This document shows positions 8,550 to 18,667 of a stretch of DNA of 64,000 bases, piece by piece. The notes under the pieces are model-generated. The model made no database searches and was not told where the DNA came from. It was given only the letters and a program-made list of their open reading frames with translations. The first letter of the stretch is position 1. Each line of letters starts with the position of its first letter. The translations under genes were made by a program, and so were the position numbers. The DNA is from an uncultured Acidobacteriota bacterium (lineage in GTDB: Bacteria > Acidobacteriota > Blastocatellia > Pyrinomonadales > Pyrinomonadaceae). The DNA lies in contig CAVTGZ010000003.1 of NCBI GenBank assembly GCA_963734445.1, positions 337,341 to 401,340 on the forward strand, in the 5' to 3' direction.

Positions 8550-9638
8550 ATGAGAAAATTTCTACTTGCGCTGGTGATGGTAATGGCCGCCGCGAGCTTT
8601 GCTTTCGGTGACACCATTTATTTACGAGATGGGCGAACAATTCAGGGGACATTGCTCGGATTCATAAACGGGCAATTTGTAGTGCGGGTCGAGCCTCGTT
8701 ATTCCGCGAGCGAGACAGATGTGGCCCGCCGCCGCCGCGGCCAGGACATTCAGTATTTTCGGCCCGAGGAAGTCGACCATATCGAAATTGAGGGCCGGTC
8801 ACTCGAGGACGCGCGGTTTGAGTCTCGCAACGTGCAGGTAATGCTGGATTCAAATTGGACCGACAGTGGCGTCTTTGTGCGGCGTGGTCAACGAGTGCAA
8901 GTTAGCGCTACGGGAGTTATCACCGTCGGCCGCACCCGAATTACTCCCGACGGGCTGCGCTCCACGGATCCAACGGCGCCGCTCCCGAATGTTGCGGAGG
9001 GCAAACTAATCGGCGCGATCGGAGACGATGCTCGGGCGCCAATTATCGAGCTTGGTTCGTCCAGAGAATTCACCGCCGATCGCAATGGCCGGCTTTATCT
9101 CACCGCCAACCGCGGTTCGTTTGCCGACGCGCGGGGTAACTTTGACGTTCAGATCCGCCGCGAGCGCGACACTAGCGTCGCCGACACGCGTGAGGATGTG
9201 CCGGGCCGCGGACGCTCAAGAGACCGTGGCACCGGGGATGGTTATCGCGATCGGACGCGTACGCCGCAGGATAGGACTGTCGTGGTGGCCGGCACTTCAC
9301 GCGGCACCGATAGCGGCATCGATGTGCGGGCCGGAGATCAGATCACTATTACCGCCACCGGGACCATCGTCGCGGGCCGTCGCATTGGCGAAGTTACTGC
9401 CGACGGCGGTCGCAGCACGGGCTTTGGTTCGGTAGTCAATGCGCGACCTGTTCCCACGGCGGGGGTGGGCGCGCTGATTGGTTACATCCGTGGCGTGACT
9501 GGTCAACCGGGTACAGCCTTCCTGATCGGCAGTAACCAGACGATCACTGCCGCCATGGACGGCCGCTTGTTCCTGGCTGTCAACGACGACAATTACAGCG
9601 ACAACAGCGGCAGCTTCACGGTGCGGATTAGGTATTAG
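8550..9638 (+). CDS. secreted protein with two PA-IL (LecA)-like lectin domains
   Basis: AAAGGA lies upstream of ATG 8550, followed by a signal peptide. Two copies of a domain ending in RLYLTANRGSFADARGNFDVQI and RLFLAVNDDNYSDNSGSFTVRI (compare the LecA tail [21 protein letters not shown], from memory). Confidence 0.65.
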   Translation: MRKFLLALVMVMAAASFAFGDTIYLRDGRTIQGTLLGFINGQFVVRVEPRYSASETDVARRRRGQDIQYFRPEEVDHIEIEGRSLEDARFESRNVQVMLDSNWTDSGVFVRRGQRVQVSATGVITVGRTRITPDGLRSTDPTAPLPNVAEGKLIGAIGDDARAPIIELGSSREFTADRNGRLYLTANRGSFADARGNFDVQIRRERDTSVADTREDVPGRGRSRDRGTGDGYRDRTRTPQDRTVVVAGTSRGTDSGIDVRAGDQITITATGTIVAGRRIGEVTADGGRSTGFGSVVNARPVPTAGVGALIGYIRGVTGQPGTAFLIGSNQTITAAMDGRLFLAVNDDNYSDNSGSFTVRIRY

Positions 9639-9646
9639 ATGTTGTT

Positions 9647-9741
9647 CCTCTGCGACACCTCGGTTTCTACCTCTGCGGTAAAATGGTTAACTTAGAATTA
9701 ACCGCAGAGAATCACAGAGGGTGTCGCAGAGTCCGCTGAGG
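9647..9741. repeat. Family A hairpin repeat, copy A2
   Basis: CCTCTGCGACACC...CTCTGCGGT...TTAAC / GTTAA...ACCGCAGAG...GGTGTCGCAGAG, immediately after the lectin gene stop. Confidence 0.7.
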
Positions 9742-9857
9742 AAATCGATACAGTCTCTCGAGAGTATTCTTAAAGGACGCCGCTCGTGTAATGCGAGCGG
9801 CGTTTTCCTTTGGCTCTCGACCAGTCCCGAACGCAATGCTAATCTTCCCGGCTACTG

Positions 9858-11423
9858 ATGAATCTGCTCCGCTCGCCATGCGATGAAGGCGTTATCACTT
9901 CTCGCAAATCGTCCACGTCATGCGCCAAGGCGCGCCGTCGCTGGACGCTGGCGGCGACGATCCTCGGCTCGAGCATGGTCTTCATCGATGGCACGGTGGT
10001 CAACGTCGCGCTGCCTGCTCTCCAACAAAATCTCAACGCAACCGTCACCGATGTGCAGTGGGTGGTCGAGGCTTACACCCTGTTTCTCGCCGCATTGTTA
10101 CTGCTGGGCGGCTCGTTGGGCGATGAGTTTGGGCGCAAGAAAATCTACGCGATCGGCGTGCTGCTGTTTGCGGCGGCCTCAGTCTGGTGCGGGCTGGCCC
10201 CGAATATTCATCAATTGATAATTGCACGCGCGACCCAGGGCGTCGGCGGCGCACTGCTCGTGCCGGGAAGTCTGGCGATCATCAGCGCCACTTTTCCTGA
10301 AGCCGAGCGCGGCCATGCGATCGGCACATGGTCCGGGGCCACGGCCATCACAACTGCCTTGGGACCATTGCTGGGTGGTTGGCTGATCCAGCACGTCTCG
10401 TGGCGAGCGGTGTTCTTTCTGAATGTCCCGATTGCTTTGATCGTACTGGTGCTGGTTGTTTTCTTTGTGGCCGAAAGCCGGGATGAAGAAGACGCGATGC
10501 AGCTTGATCTGGCAGGAGCCGCACTCGCCACGCTGAGCCTGGGTGGAATCGTCTTCGGACTAATCGAATCATCGCGTCTCGGCTTCCGCAGCGTCATAGT
10601 TTGGGCCACGTTTTCTTCGGGACTAATCCTGGGCGCCGTCTTTGTATTCGTCGAAGCGCGAATTAAGCATCCGATGATGCCGCTGGGACTTTTTCGCTCG
10701 CGAAATTTCGTCGGCGCTAATTTGCTGACGCTCTTTTTGTACGCGGCGCTGGCGGGAACGCTTTTTTTTCTGCCTTTGAATTTGATCCAGGTGCAAGGCT
10801 ATTCGCCCACGGCCGCCGGCGCAGCATCTCTACCTTTCATCCTGATCATGTTTGGGCTATCGCGCTGGTCGGGCGGATTGGTCAAGCGTTATGGGTCGCG
10901 CCTGCCGCTGGTAGTTGGGCCCATCATCGCGGCGATTGGCTTCGCCCTCTTTGTCCGGCCGAGCCTGGGCGGCGGTTATTGGACTGCTTTTTTCCCCGCC
11001 TTCGTCGTACTCGGGTTAGGCATGGCCATCAGTGTCGCGCCGCTCACAACGACGGTGATGAATTCAGTCCGGCAGAATCGCGCCGGAATCGCTTCCGGCA
11101 TCAACAATGCCGTGTCGCGCACGGCCGGACTTCTGGCGATTGCCGTGCTGGGTCTCATCATGTTCCAGGCGTTTGACCAGTGTCTGGCAGCGCGGCTGGA
11201 TCAAATGCCGCTCCCCACGGAAGTCCGGCAAGCGCTCGATAACCAGCGCATCAATCTCGCTGCCGTCGAAATCCCGAAGAGCGTTGACGCGTCGACCGCC
11301 GCCAACATCAGGCGGACCATCGACGAGTGTTTCGTGTCCGGCTTTCGCCGCGTCATGCTCCTGGGCGCGGCGCTCGCCGCTGCAAGTTCAGTAATTTCGT
11401 GGCTTTTGATGAAGGCACGCTGA
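9858..11423 (+). CDS. MFS transporter, DHA2 (EmrB/QacA-like, about 14 TM)
   Basis: FIDGTVVNVALPALQ, LGGSLGDEFGRKKIY, ARATQGVGGALLVPGSLAII, and many hydrophobic segments. Confidence 0.85.
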   Translation: MNLLRSPCDEGVITSRKSSTSCAKARRRWTLAATILGSSMVFIDGTVVNVALPALQQNLNATVTDVQWVVEAYTLFLAALLLLGGSLGDEFGRKKIYAIGVLLFAAASVWCGLAPNIHQLIIARATQGVGGALLVPGSLAIISATFPEAERGHAIGTWSGATAITTALGPLLGGWLIQHVSWRAVFFLNVPIALIVLVLVVFFVAESRDEEDAMQLDLAGAALATLSLGGIVFGLIESSRLGFRSVIVWATFSSGLILGAVFVFVEARIKHPMMPLGLFRSRNFVGANLLTLFLYAALAGTLFFLPLNLIQVQGYSPTAAGAASLPFILIMFGLSRWSGGLVKRYGSRLPLVVGPIIAAIGFALFVRPSLGGGYWTAFFPAFVVLGLGMAISVAPLTTTVMNSVRQNRAGIASGINNAVSRTAGLLAIAVLGLIMFQAFDQCLAARLDQMPLPTEVRQALDNQRINLAAVEIPKSVDASTAANIRRTIDECFVSGFRRVMLLGAALAAASSVISWLLMKAR

Positions 11424-11584
11424 ATCCTTTGGGCCCGACACCGATACGCAATCAAAGCGCAAATTAAAGACCACGCCAACGCCATCCGGCCCTCGCTGGA
11501 CTCTCATACTGTTACTACTGTCCGCATCTGAGCAGATCATCTGATCAGATCTCATGCGGACAGACGGATCGGAGGAGAACTGGT

Positions 11585-12007
11585 ATGGTCAATGCACCTT
11601 CAACCATCCTTGTCGTGGATGACTATTCCGATAATCGCACCCTGCTCGCGGCCTGGCTGCGCGCCAAGGGTTTCAAAGTAATCGAAGCCGCGAACGGCAA
11701 AGAGGGCTTGCGTCAGGCGAATCGATCGCAGCCTGATCTAATCCTGATGGACCTGGCGATGCCTGAGCTCGATGGGATCGAAGCCACCCGCCAAATACGC
11801 GAACGTCGCGTACTTGCGGGGACGCCGATTTTCGCCATTAGTGCTTATGCGACTCACGATGTGAAAGAGGATGCGTTGGCCGCTGGATGCAACGAAGTCT
11901 TTGCCAAGCCTCTCGATCTCGGGTCCCTGCTCAGCAAAATTAACTCCACGCTGGGATCACCGAATTCGCACCAGTCGACTTACTACGCCGCCGCCGGCCA
12001 ACGATAG
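11585..12007 (+). CDS. stand-alone response regulator receiver (CheY-like)
   Basis: GGAGGA RBS. ILVVDDYSDNR, DLILMDLAMPELDG, and FAISAY...KPL. Confidence 0.85.
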   Translation: MVNAPSTILVVDDYSDNRTLLAAWLRAKGFKVIEAANGKEGLRQANRSQPDLILMDLAMPELDGIEATRQIRERRVLAGTPIFAISAYATHDVKEDALAAGCNEVFAKPLDLGSLLSKINSTLGSPNSHQSTYYAAAGQR

Positions 12008-12456
12008 CCGGACCCCGGACGGCGCCATATTTCCTCAGCACCTCGTGCTATTTCGCGGTTGGGTTTTGCGATACAATTCGCGCGCAATGAATCTGTGTGG
12101 CCTCTTCTCCCAATTCCAAACAGCGCGTGGCAATCATGTCTCACAGTGATTCTGGTGTGCCTGCCAAATTTTGTCGCGGGACAAGCCATCAATAAATTAG
12201 ACGTTTGCAGTTGGCGCCCTGTGAAGTGCCACACGTCAAAGAGAAAGTTCGCTGTGGCACATATGAAGTTTTCGAAGATCGCGCGGCGCGCAAAGGCCGG
12301 AGGATCGCACCCGCTTAACTGTGATTTCTTCAATCCCACTCTGTGAAGACCCTGGATACTTCGTGCCTGACGAGGCATTAAGCGGAATGGTTTTCTCGTC
12401 ACGTCTTTCGAACGCCTTTGACGCTTTTCAAATCACTAACCCTCTCTTAAGTCTTT

Positions 12457-12465
12457 TGATACAAT
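12457..12465 (+). promoter_or_regulatory. possible extended -10 promoter (TGATACAAT) 9 nt upstream of the kinase ATG
   Basis: TGnTACAAT at 12457..12465, with the ATG at 12475. This would give a leaderless or near-leaderless mRNA. No clear -35. Confidence 0.25.
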
Positions 12466-12474
12466 CCGCCGCCA

Positions 12475-15189
12475 ATGAACTGCCCCAGTTGCAAACGCGA
12501 GCTTCCCACTAACGCAACTGCGTGTCCTTCGTGCGCGACTTCCCTTTCTGATTCTCATTCACCGACGCGCCTGCTGGACAAGGACGCAGCGCCAAAGGTC
12601 CCTCGGAGCCGCGATCAGAATCTGAAGAATTCGCGTTCTTACTCCTCATTTGAATCCATTGACGACGCGCGGTTTATTCCCGGCGAGATTCTCGCCGAAC
12701 GCTACCGGATTGTCGGCTTGCTCGGCAAAGGCGGGATGGGCGAGGTCTATCGCGCCGACGATTTGAAGCTTGGCCAACCCGTAGCGCTCAAGTTTCTTCC
12801 CGATCATTTGCTGACTGACGGCGCGGCGCTGGCCCGCTTCCATCGCGAAGTGCGTGTGGCGCGACAAGTCAGCCACCGGAACGTCTGTCGCGTGTACGAC
12901 ATCGGCGAGGTCGATGGCCGCCATTTCCTTTCGATGGAATTCATCAAAGGTGAAGAGCTTTCGTCCTTGCTGCGCCGCATCGGTCGTTTGCCACAGGACA
13001 AGGCCGTCCAGATTGCGCGCCAGATTTGTGCGGGGCTGGCCGCTGCGCACGACATTGGCTTTCTCCATCGCGATCTCAAGCCGGCGAACATCATGATCGA
13101 CGGTGACGGCAATGCCCGGGTCCTGGATTTTGGCCTGGGCGGCCTGGCTGGAGAATTTGGTGAAGAGGAAGTCCGCGCCGGCACGCCCGCGTACATGTCG
13201 CCGGAACAGATCGAAGGTAAGGAGCAGACAGTTCAAAGCGACATCTATTCGCTGGGCCTGGTGCTGTACGAGCTGTTCACCGGCAAGCGCGCTTTCGAGG
13301 CTGCTTCGCTCCACGATCTAATCAAGCTGCGGCGCAGCGACACGACTCCGACTACGCCAACTTCGATTGTGAAAGATCTCGATCCACTGATCGAGAAAAT
13401 TATCGATCGATGTTTGCAAAAAGATCTGGAAAAGCGGCCTGCGTCGGCACTGCAAGTTGCGGCCGCCTTGCCGGGTGCCGATCCCCTGGCAGCGGCGCTC
13501 GCCGCCGGCGAGACACCTTCGCCGGAAATGGTCGCGGCGGCGCCGACTGAAGGCGGACTGAAACCCGCGGTGGCGATGGCCCTACTCGCGGCTTTCGTGG
13601 TGACGATGGCAATTGTTTTGTGGCTGACGAAATACACTGCCGTCTATCGCTACACGTCCCTGGATCAACCGCCGGAAGTCCTGCGTACGCGAGCGAAAGA
13701 AATAGCCAAAGCGTTCGGATACAGCGCCAAGCCGGCCGATACCGCCGACGGTTTTGTGCTCAAGAAGGACTACCTCAACTACATAAAATCAATCGATCAA
13801 TCGCCATCTCGCTGGAATCGGCTGCGCACCGAAGGCGTGGGAGCGTATCGCTACTGGTACCGGCAGAGCCCACGCTATTTCGACACGTTTGACGAAATCC
13901 AGGTTGACCGGCCAGCGCTCGACGTTTCCGGCATGGCCAGCATGTACCTTGATACCGAGGGCAGACTGCACTGGTTTGTAGGCGTGCCACCGCAACGTGA
14001 ACCCGCCAATCCGAACGCACCGCCGGCCGACTGGTCCATACCATTTCGCCAGGCCGGACTTGATATTGCGAATTTTAAAGAAGTGCCGTCACAGTTTGTG
14101 CCGCTGCATGCTTATGACGCGCGCCTGGCGTGGGACGGAGCTGATCCTCAACATCCGGAATTGAAAACCCACGTTGAGGCCGCCGCTTTTCGCGGCCAGT
14201 TGGTCTACTTCGAAACCATCTATCCCTGGGACCATCCCCTGCGCCAGGAATTGCCGCCTGAGAGTGGCAGTGATCGAATCTTCAGCATCATGATCATCTC
14301 GGTTTACCTGATCGTTCTGGTGGCCAGTGTGCTCATTGCCCGCCGTCACCTGCGACAGGGCGCGGGCGACCGTCGCGGCGCGGCCCGCGTGGCCCTCTTT
14401 TATTTTACGGTGAAGATGTTGGTCTGGTTATTCAGCGAGCACCATAACGGCTCGCTGGAATACGAGTTCAAGCTTTTCTTTTTCTCTTTCTCAAGTGCCG
14501 TATTCACCTCGGGGTTTTTGTGGGTCCTTTACATTGCGATCGAACCCTATATCCGTAAGCGTTGGCCGCGGCGGATTATCTCGTGGAGCCGCCTGTTGGC
14601 GGGCAGTTTCCGCGATCCGATGATCGGCCGGGACATCCTTTTGGGAGCTGTGTTTGGCGCGACCATGATTTTGGGCACCGCGTTGGGCTTTGCCGGATTG
14701 AGACTTTACGGCAGACCCACCGAGCTGGCGCTTAATCCTGGCAGCGAATTGATCGGGTCCCATCTGTTCGTGCTGAAATTCGCGGATCAAATAACCGCGT
14801 CGTTGTATCTCGCCTTTTTCGCGTTTTTCATTCTGCTATTGCTGGTGATCTTCCTGCGGCGCGAACGGCTGGCGCTACTGGCGCTGTGGGTGCTGGTTGC
14901 CACCCTCATCATGCTCGTAACGCAAACCGACGTTCGCATGACCCCGGTAGTGGCCATCTACGGCTTTCTGTTTGTTTTTGTGCTTTACAGATACGGACTG
15001 CTGGCCCTGGCCTTCGCCATGTTCCTGGGCCACTTGTGGGTGTTCTTTCCGATTACCAGCGAATTCACAGCCTGGTACGCGACCGACTTTGTGATCTCCC
15101 TCGTCATTTGCGTCGCGTTAACGTTATATGGCTTTTACACCAGCCTGGCAGGACAGAGTTTACTTGGCGGGAAGTTGCTCGATGAGTAG
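12475..15189 (+). CDS. Ser/Thr protein kinase with N-terminal zinc ribbon and large polytopic C-terminal region
   Basis: CPSCKRELPTNATACPSCA. Kinase motifs GKGGMGEVY, VALKF, HRDLKPANIM, DFGL and GTPAYMSPE. One TM, then a roughly 230-aa loop, then about 9 hydrophobic segments. Confidence 0.9.
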   Translation: MNCPSCKRELPTNATACPSCATSLSDSHSPTRLLDKDAAPKVPRSRDQNLKNSRSYSSFESIDDARFIPGEILAERYRIVGLLGKGGMGEVYRADDLKLGQPVALKFLPDHLLTDGAALARFHREVRVARQVSHRNVCRVYDIGEVDGRHFLSMEFIKGEELSSLLRRIGRLPQDKAVQIARQICAGLAAAHDIGFLHRDLKPANIMIDGDGNARVLDFGLGGLAGEFGEEEVRAGTPAYMSPEQIEGKEQTVQSDIYSLGLVLYELFTGKRAFEAASLHDLIKLRRSDTTPTTPTSIVKDLDPLIEKIIDRCLQKDLEKRPASALQVAAALPGADPLAAALAAGETPSPEMVAAAPTEGGLKPAVAMALLAAFVVTMAIVLWLTKYTAVYRYTSLDQPPEVLRTRAKEIAKAFGYSAKPADTADGFVLKKDYLNYIKSIDQSPSRWNRLRTEGVGAYRYWYRQSPRYFDTFDEIQVDRPALDVSGMASMYLDTEGRLHWFVGVPPQREPANPNAPPADWSIPFRQAGLDIANFKEVPSQFVPLHAYDARLAWDGADPQHPELKTHVEAAAFRGQLVYFETIYPWDHPLRQELPPESGSDRIFSIMIISVYLIVLVASVLIARRHLRQGAGDRRGAARVALFYFTVKMLVWLFSEHHNGSLEYEFKLFFFSFSSAVFTSGFLWVLYIAIEPYIRKRWPRRIISWSRLLAGSFRDPMIGRDILLGAVFGATMILGTALGFAGLRLYGRPTELALNPGSELIGSHLFVLKFADQITASLYLAFFAFFILLLLVIFLRRERLALLALWVLVATLIMLVTQTDVRMTPVVAIYGFLFVFVLYRYGLLALAFAMFLGHLWVFFPITSEFTAWYATDFVISLVICVALTLYGFYTSLAGQSLLGGKLLDE

Positions 15190-15311
15190 TAAACAACGCA
15201 GCCCCAAAGCTGAGGCCGCAGGGCCGAGACAGTCGCGAATCACCTCTTCAGAAAAGCCGGCGCCAACATACTTTGACTCTATTAACGGTTCCCGAAGATC
15301 CGCTACTGCGT

Positions 15312-15459
15312 TATGGCTCGGCCACTCCGATGCGCGGCAAGTCTATGACTTGCCGGCACCAGACCCTCTTCATCTTCGGGTCTCAGACCCGAACAACTTT
15401 TAGAAAGATCCGGTCCGGCAAGTCTTAGACTTGCCGCGCATCAGAGTGGCAAAGCCATT
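15312..15459. repeat. MITE-like element, family D, copy D1 (about 45-nt terminal inverted arms)
   Basis: TATGGCTCGGCCACTCCGATGCGCGGCAAGTCTATGACTTGCCGG ... CCGGCAAGTCTTAGACTTGCCGCGCATCAGAGTGGCAAAGCCATT. Confidence 0.8.
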
Positions 15460-15541
15460 GGAAAAGAATTAGATCGCGTGGGCTAAAGCGTTCTTACCAT
15501 GTCCTTGCGTGAGTCAAGTATGTTATTGCCGAAACCCGCCG

Positions 15542-16516
15542 TTAACGGTGTCCGATCGCTGCGGTCACGCTTTCCGAGCCACTCCGGCGGCTAACGATCT
15601 TTCGCTTGGAAATTTCTTTTTTCGCTCTGGGACCGTGCTTCAACGGCCGCGCCACCAGCACCGGACAGGGCGCTTGCCGCAACACGCGATCGACGTTCGA
15701 GCCGAACAGCGTCAGAATCCCAAAACCCGCACCGTGTGCGCCGATGCAGACCAAATCAATCTCGTTTCGTTCGGCGTAATGCAGAATTTCACGATAGGGC
15801 TGACCCTCGCTGATGACGTTTTTGATGTCGCACCACAAGTGCGCTTCGTCAGGAACAGCTTTTTGTAAACGGCGCGCAGCCTTGTGATAGACGCCTTCTT
15901 TCCCCAGCGGATACCAGGAGATTTCACTCTCGTTCAAAGTAAAGGGGGGCAGGACGTGCAGCAGGTGCAACTCGGCCTGATATTCCTGAGCAATCAACAA
16001 ACCGAGGCGGAGCGCCAGCTCTGAGTGATCGGAAAAATCGTAGGCCACCAGGATGCGCTTCAGTCCGATTTGACGATCCTCCGGATTAACCCAATCTCGC
16101 TCATCCGTGTGAATCACGAGCACCGGACACGGAGCGGTACGGGACACTGATTCAGCGACCGATCCCAGCAGTGCCGCACGATGCGGCCGCCGTCGCGAAC
16201 GCATGATAATCAAATCGGCGGCGCATTTGGCCGCCTCTCTCGTAATGCAGTCCCCGGGATCGTCACAGTTCACTACGGCCGCCTGGCAGCTCAACGCTTC
16301 GAGCTCAGCCGGAGTCGCCGACTTCATTAACGCCGTGCCCATGATCTCATTCGGACTTCCGGTCACGATGGGTTGGCCCGCCTCGCTCGGACCCGGCTGG
16401 CAATACATCTGAATTAATTCTGCTTCGTACGCGCGCGCCAGGGCCAGGCCATAACGCAGCGCCGCTTCAGAATCCGGCGTCAAATCAGTTGGACAAAGAA
16501 TGCGTTCGATTCTCAT
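15542..16516 (-). CDS. tandem universal stress protein (two UspA domains)
   Basis: From ATG 16516: MRIERILCPTDLTPDSEAAL...; DLIIMRSRRRPHRAALLGSVAESVSRTAPCPVLV and DLVCIGAHGAGFGILTLFGSNVDRVLRQAPCPVLV. The longer ORF up to 16831 runs into repeat D2. Confidence 0.8.
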   Translation of the reverse strand: MRIERILCPTDLTPDSEAALRYGLALARAYEAELIQMYCQPGPSEAGQPIVTGSPNEIMGTALMKSATPAELEALSCQAAVVNCDDPGDCITREAAKCAADLIIMRSRRRPHRAALLGSVAESVSRTAPCPVLVIHTDERDWVNPEDRQIGLKRILVAYDFSDHSELALRLGLLIAQEYQAELHLLHVLPPFTLNESEISWYPLGKEGVYHKAARRLQKAVPDEAHLWCDIKNVISEGQPYREILHYAERNEIDLVCIGAHGAGFGILTLFGSNVDRVLRQAPCPVLVARPLKHGPRAKKEISKRKIVSRRSGSESVTAAIGHR

Positions 16517-16713
16517 AAGCTCCAAACAGGGATTCCAGAATCTCTGCACCTCGCTACCACAACTTGAGCAATGACTGTGCCGGGTCATTCGCGTCCGAAT
16601 CACGCGAAACTGAGCGAGCCCGCACACTGCACTTTTTATTTCTGTGGTCTTTTGCTCAGCGTGTGGGAAAGTTTGCTCACGACGCGTCAGGGTCGGGTCT
16701 TGACGCAGCTCAT

Positions 16714-16869
16714 AATGGCTTTGCCACTCCGATGCGCGGCGAGTCTTCGACTTGCCGTTAGTGGCCATGTAGATGACGGTCTGGGACCGTTGGGGTCGGA
16801 GACCGTATCCAGAGGGGTTCGCTGCCGGCAAGTCATAGACTTGCCGCGCATCAGAGTGGCAAAGCCATT
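16714..16869. repeat. MITE-like element, family D, copy D2
   Basis: AATGGCTTTGCCACTCCGATGCGCGGCGAGTCTTCGACTTGCCG ... CCGGCAAGTCATAGACTTGCCGCGCATCAGAGTGGCAAAGCCATT. Confidence 0.8.
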
Positions 16870-16965
16870 AGACTGGATGAGCCAAGTATTTTATTGCCTT
16901 CTTAGGCAACGACGTATCGGTTCTGACAACCGAGCCAAGTAAATGCGGAACTCCAAACCAAATTT

Positions 16966-18658
16966 TCAGTAATCAAGCTGCCACATCTTCGCGGCGATCG
17001 CTTGCTCGAGTTCTTCGATCGTGGTGATTGGAGCCAGGCTTGATTTCTGCGCCTCGAGTCCCACCGCCAAAGCGACGCTCTTGGAAATTTCACGAACGCG
17101 TTCGAGCGGCGGATAAAGCGAGCCCTGCGGATCCTTCAGCACCGGAGAAAATTCGCTGAGCACACGCGCCGCGGCGGCGAACATCGCGTCGGTGACCCGG
17201 CGCGCACCCGAGGCAATCACACCCAGACCAATTCCGGGAAAGATAAACGAGTTATTGCATTGGCCGATGCACACTTCGCGGCCGTTGCAGGCAACCGGCG
17301 TGAATGGGCTGCCGGTAGCAATCAACGCGCGACCATCAGTCCAATTGAGCAGGTCGGCCGGAGTGGCCTCGCTCTTTGACGTCGGATTCGAAAGCGGAAA
17401 GATCACCGGGCGCTCGACATGCGCGGCCATCTCGCGCACGATCTCTTCGGTGAAAGCGCCCGGTTGCGCCGACGTGCCAATTAGGATCGTCGGTCGGACA
17501 TTGCGCACGACATCGGCAAACGTGATCGTTGATGAATCATCGAGTTTCCACGCCGCCGCGCGAGCGAACTGCTGCGCGTATTTCTGCTTAAAGACGTCAA
17601 GCTTTCTCTGATCATGAACCAGGCCCTGACTATCGACCAGCCAGAGTGACTTCTTCGCTTGCTCGGCAGCGACACCTTCACCGCCCATGGCCGCCACAAT
17701 CTGATCGCAGATGCCGATGGCCGATGAGCCCGCGCCCAGAATCACAATACGATGGTCGCTCAATTTGGTCTTCGTTAGCCTGGCCGCGGCCAGCAGACCC
17801 GCGACCGTCACCGCGCCTGTTCCCTGGATGTCGTCGTTGAAAGTGCAGAGGCGATCGCGATAACGCTCGAGAATTCGCGGCGCGTTGTGTTTGGAAAAGT
17901 CTTCCCATTGCAGCAGCACGTGCGGAAACTTCTGCATTACGGCCTGGACAAAGGCTTCGATGAATTGATCGTATTCTTCACCCCGCACGCGCTCGTGGCG
18001 CCAGCCGAGGTACAGCGGATCGGTGAGCAACTCCTGATTGTCAGTCCCCACATCGAGAATGATCGGCAGGGTCGTCGCCGGATGAATTCCCGCGCAGAGC
18101 GTGTAGAGAGACAGCTTGCCCAACGGGAATTCCCATGCCGCCCACGCCCAGATCACCCAGCCCGAGGATTCTCTCGCCGTCAGTCACCACGATCACTTCG
18201 ACGCTTCTGGCCGGCGCGTTGTCGAGCAGCGCTGGAATCTCATCGCGATAAGGATAGGAGATGTAAAGGCCGCGCGGCCGGCGAAACACATGACTGTAGC
18301 GGCGACAGCCTTCGCCGACTACGGGCGTGTAGATGATCGGCATCATCTCAGTGATGTGCTCGCCCAGCAAACGATAGAACAGAGTTTCGTTGCGGTCCTG
18401 AAGTGCGTTGAGAAAGATGTAGCGTTCGAGGTCGCTGTCCTTACGCTTGTAGTTTTCGTAGACGCGCGCCAGTTGTTCATCGACGGTCGAGCAGTGATAA
18501 GGCAGTAACCCGAGCAAGCCGAGTCGGCGCCGATCATCTTCGGGAAAGGCGCTGCCTTCGTTCAGCAGCGGATGGTCGAGCAGGAGGGGGCCGGCAAACC
18601 CGGCCTCGTCGTTGAACTTGTCGGGCGGGGTCTTAACTGCAAATTGTGGTGAACTCAT
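16966..18658 (-). pseudogene. maeA: NAD(P)-dependent malic enzyme, frameshifted in this sequence
   Basis: ORFs 18041..18658 and 16966..18156 lie on the same strand in different frames. ...[23 protein letters not shown] | [13 protein letters not shown]...[17 protein letters not shown]. The junction is at coding-strand GTT-GGG-CAA (plus CCC 18119..18121). Confidence 0.85.
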
Positions 18659-18667
18659 TTTCTGTCC

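Noticed and set aside
11983-12402. 139-aa minus-strand ORF in the kinase upstream region
   Set aside because: Cys/Arg-rich composition, no motifs, no RBS. The region is treated as non-coding.
15128-15403. 91-aa ORF downstream of the kinase, and ORF 16571..16942
   Set aside because: Both are read-throughs of the family D MITE-like repeats. The same DNA recurs non-codingly elsewhere.
16517-16831. 105-codon N-terminal extension of the USP ORF
   Set aside because: The extension runs through repeat D2 and has no USP-like sequence. The domain begins right after Met at 16516.
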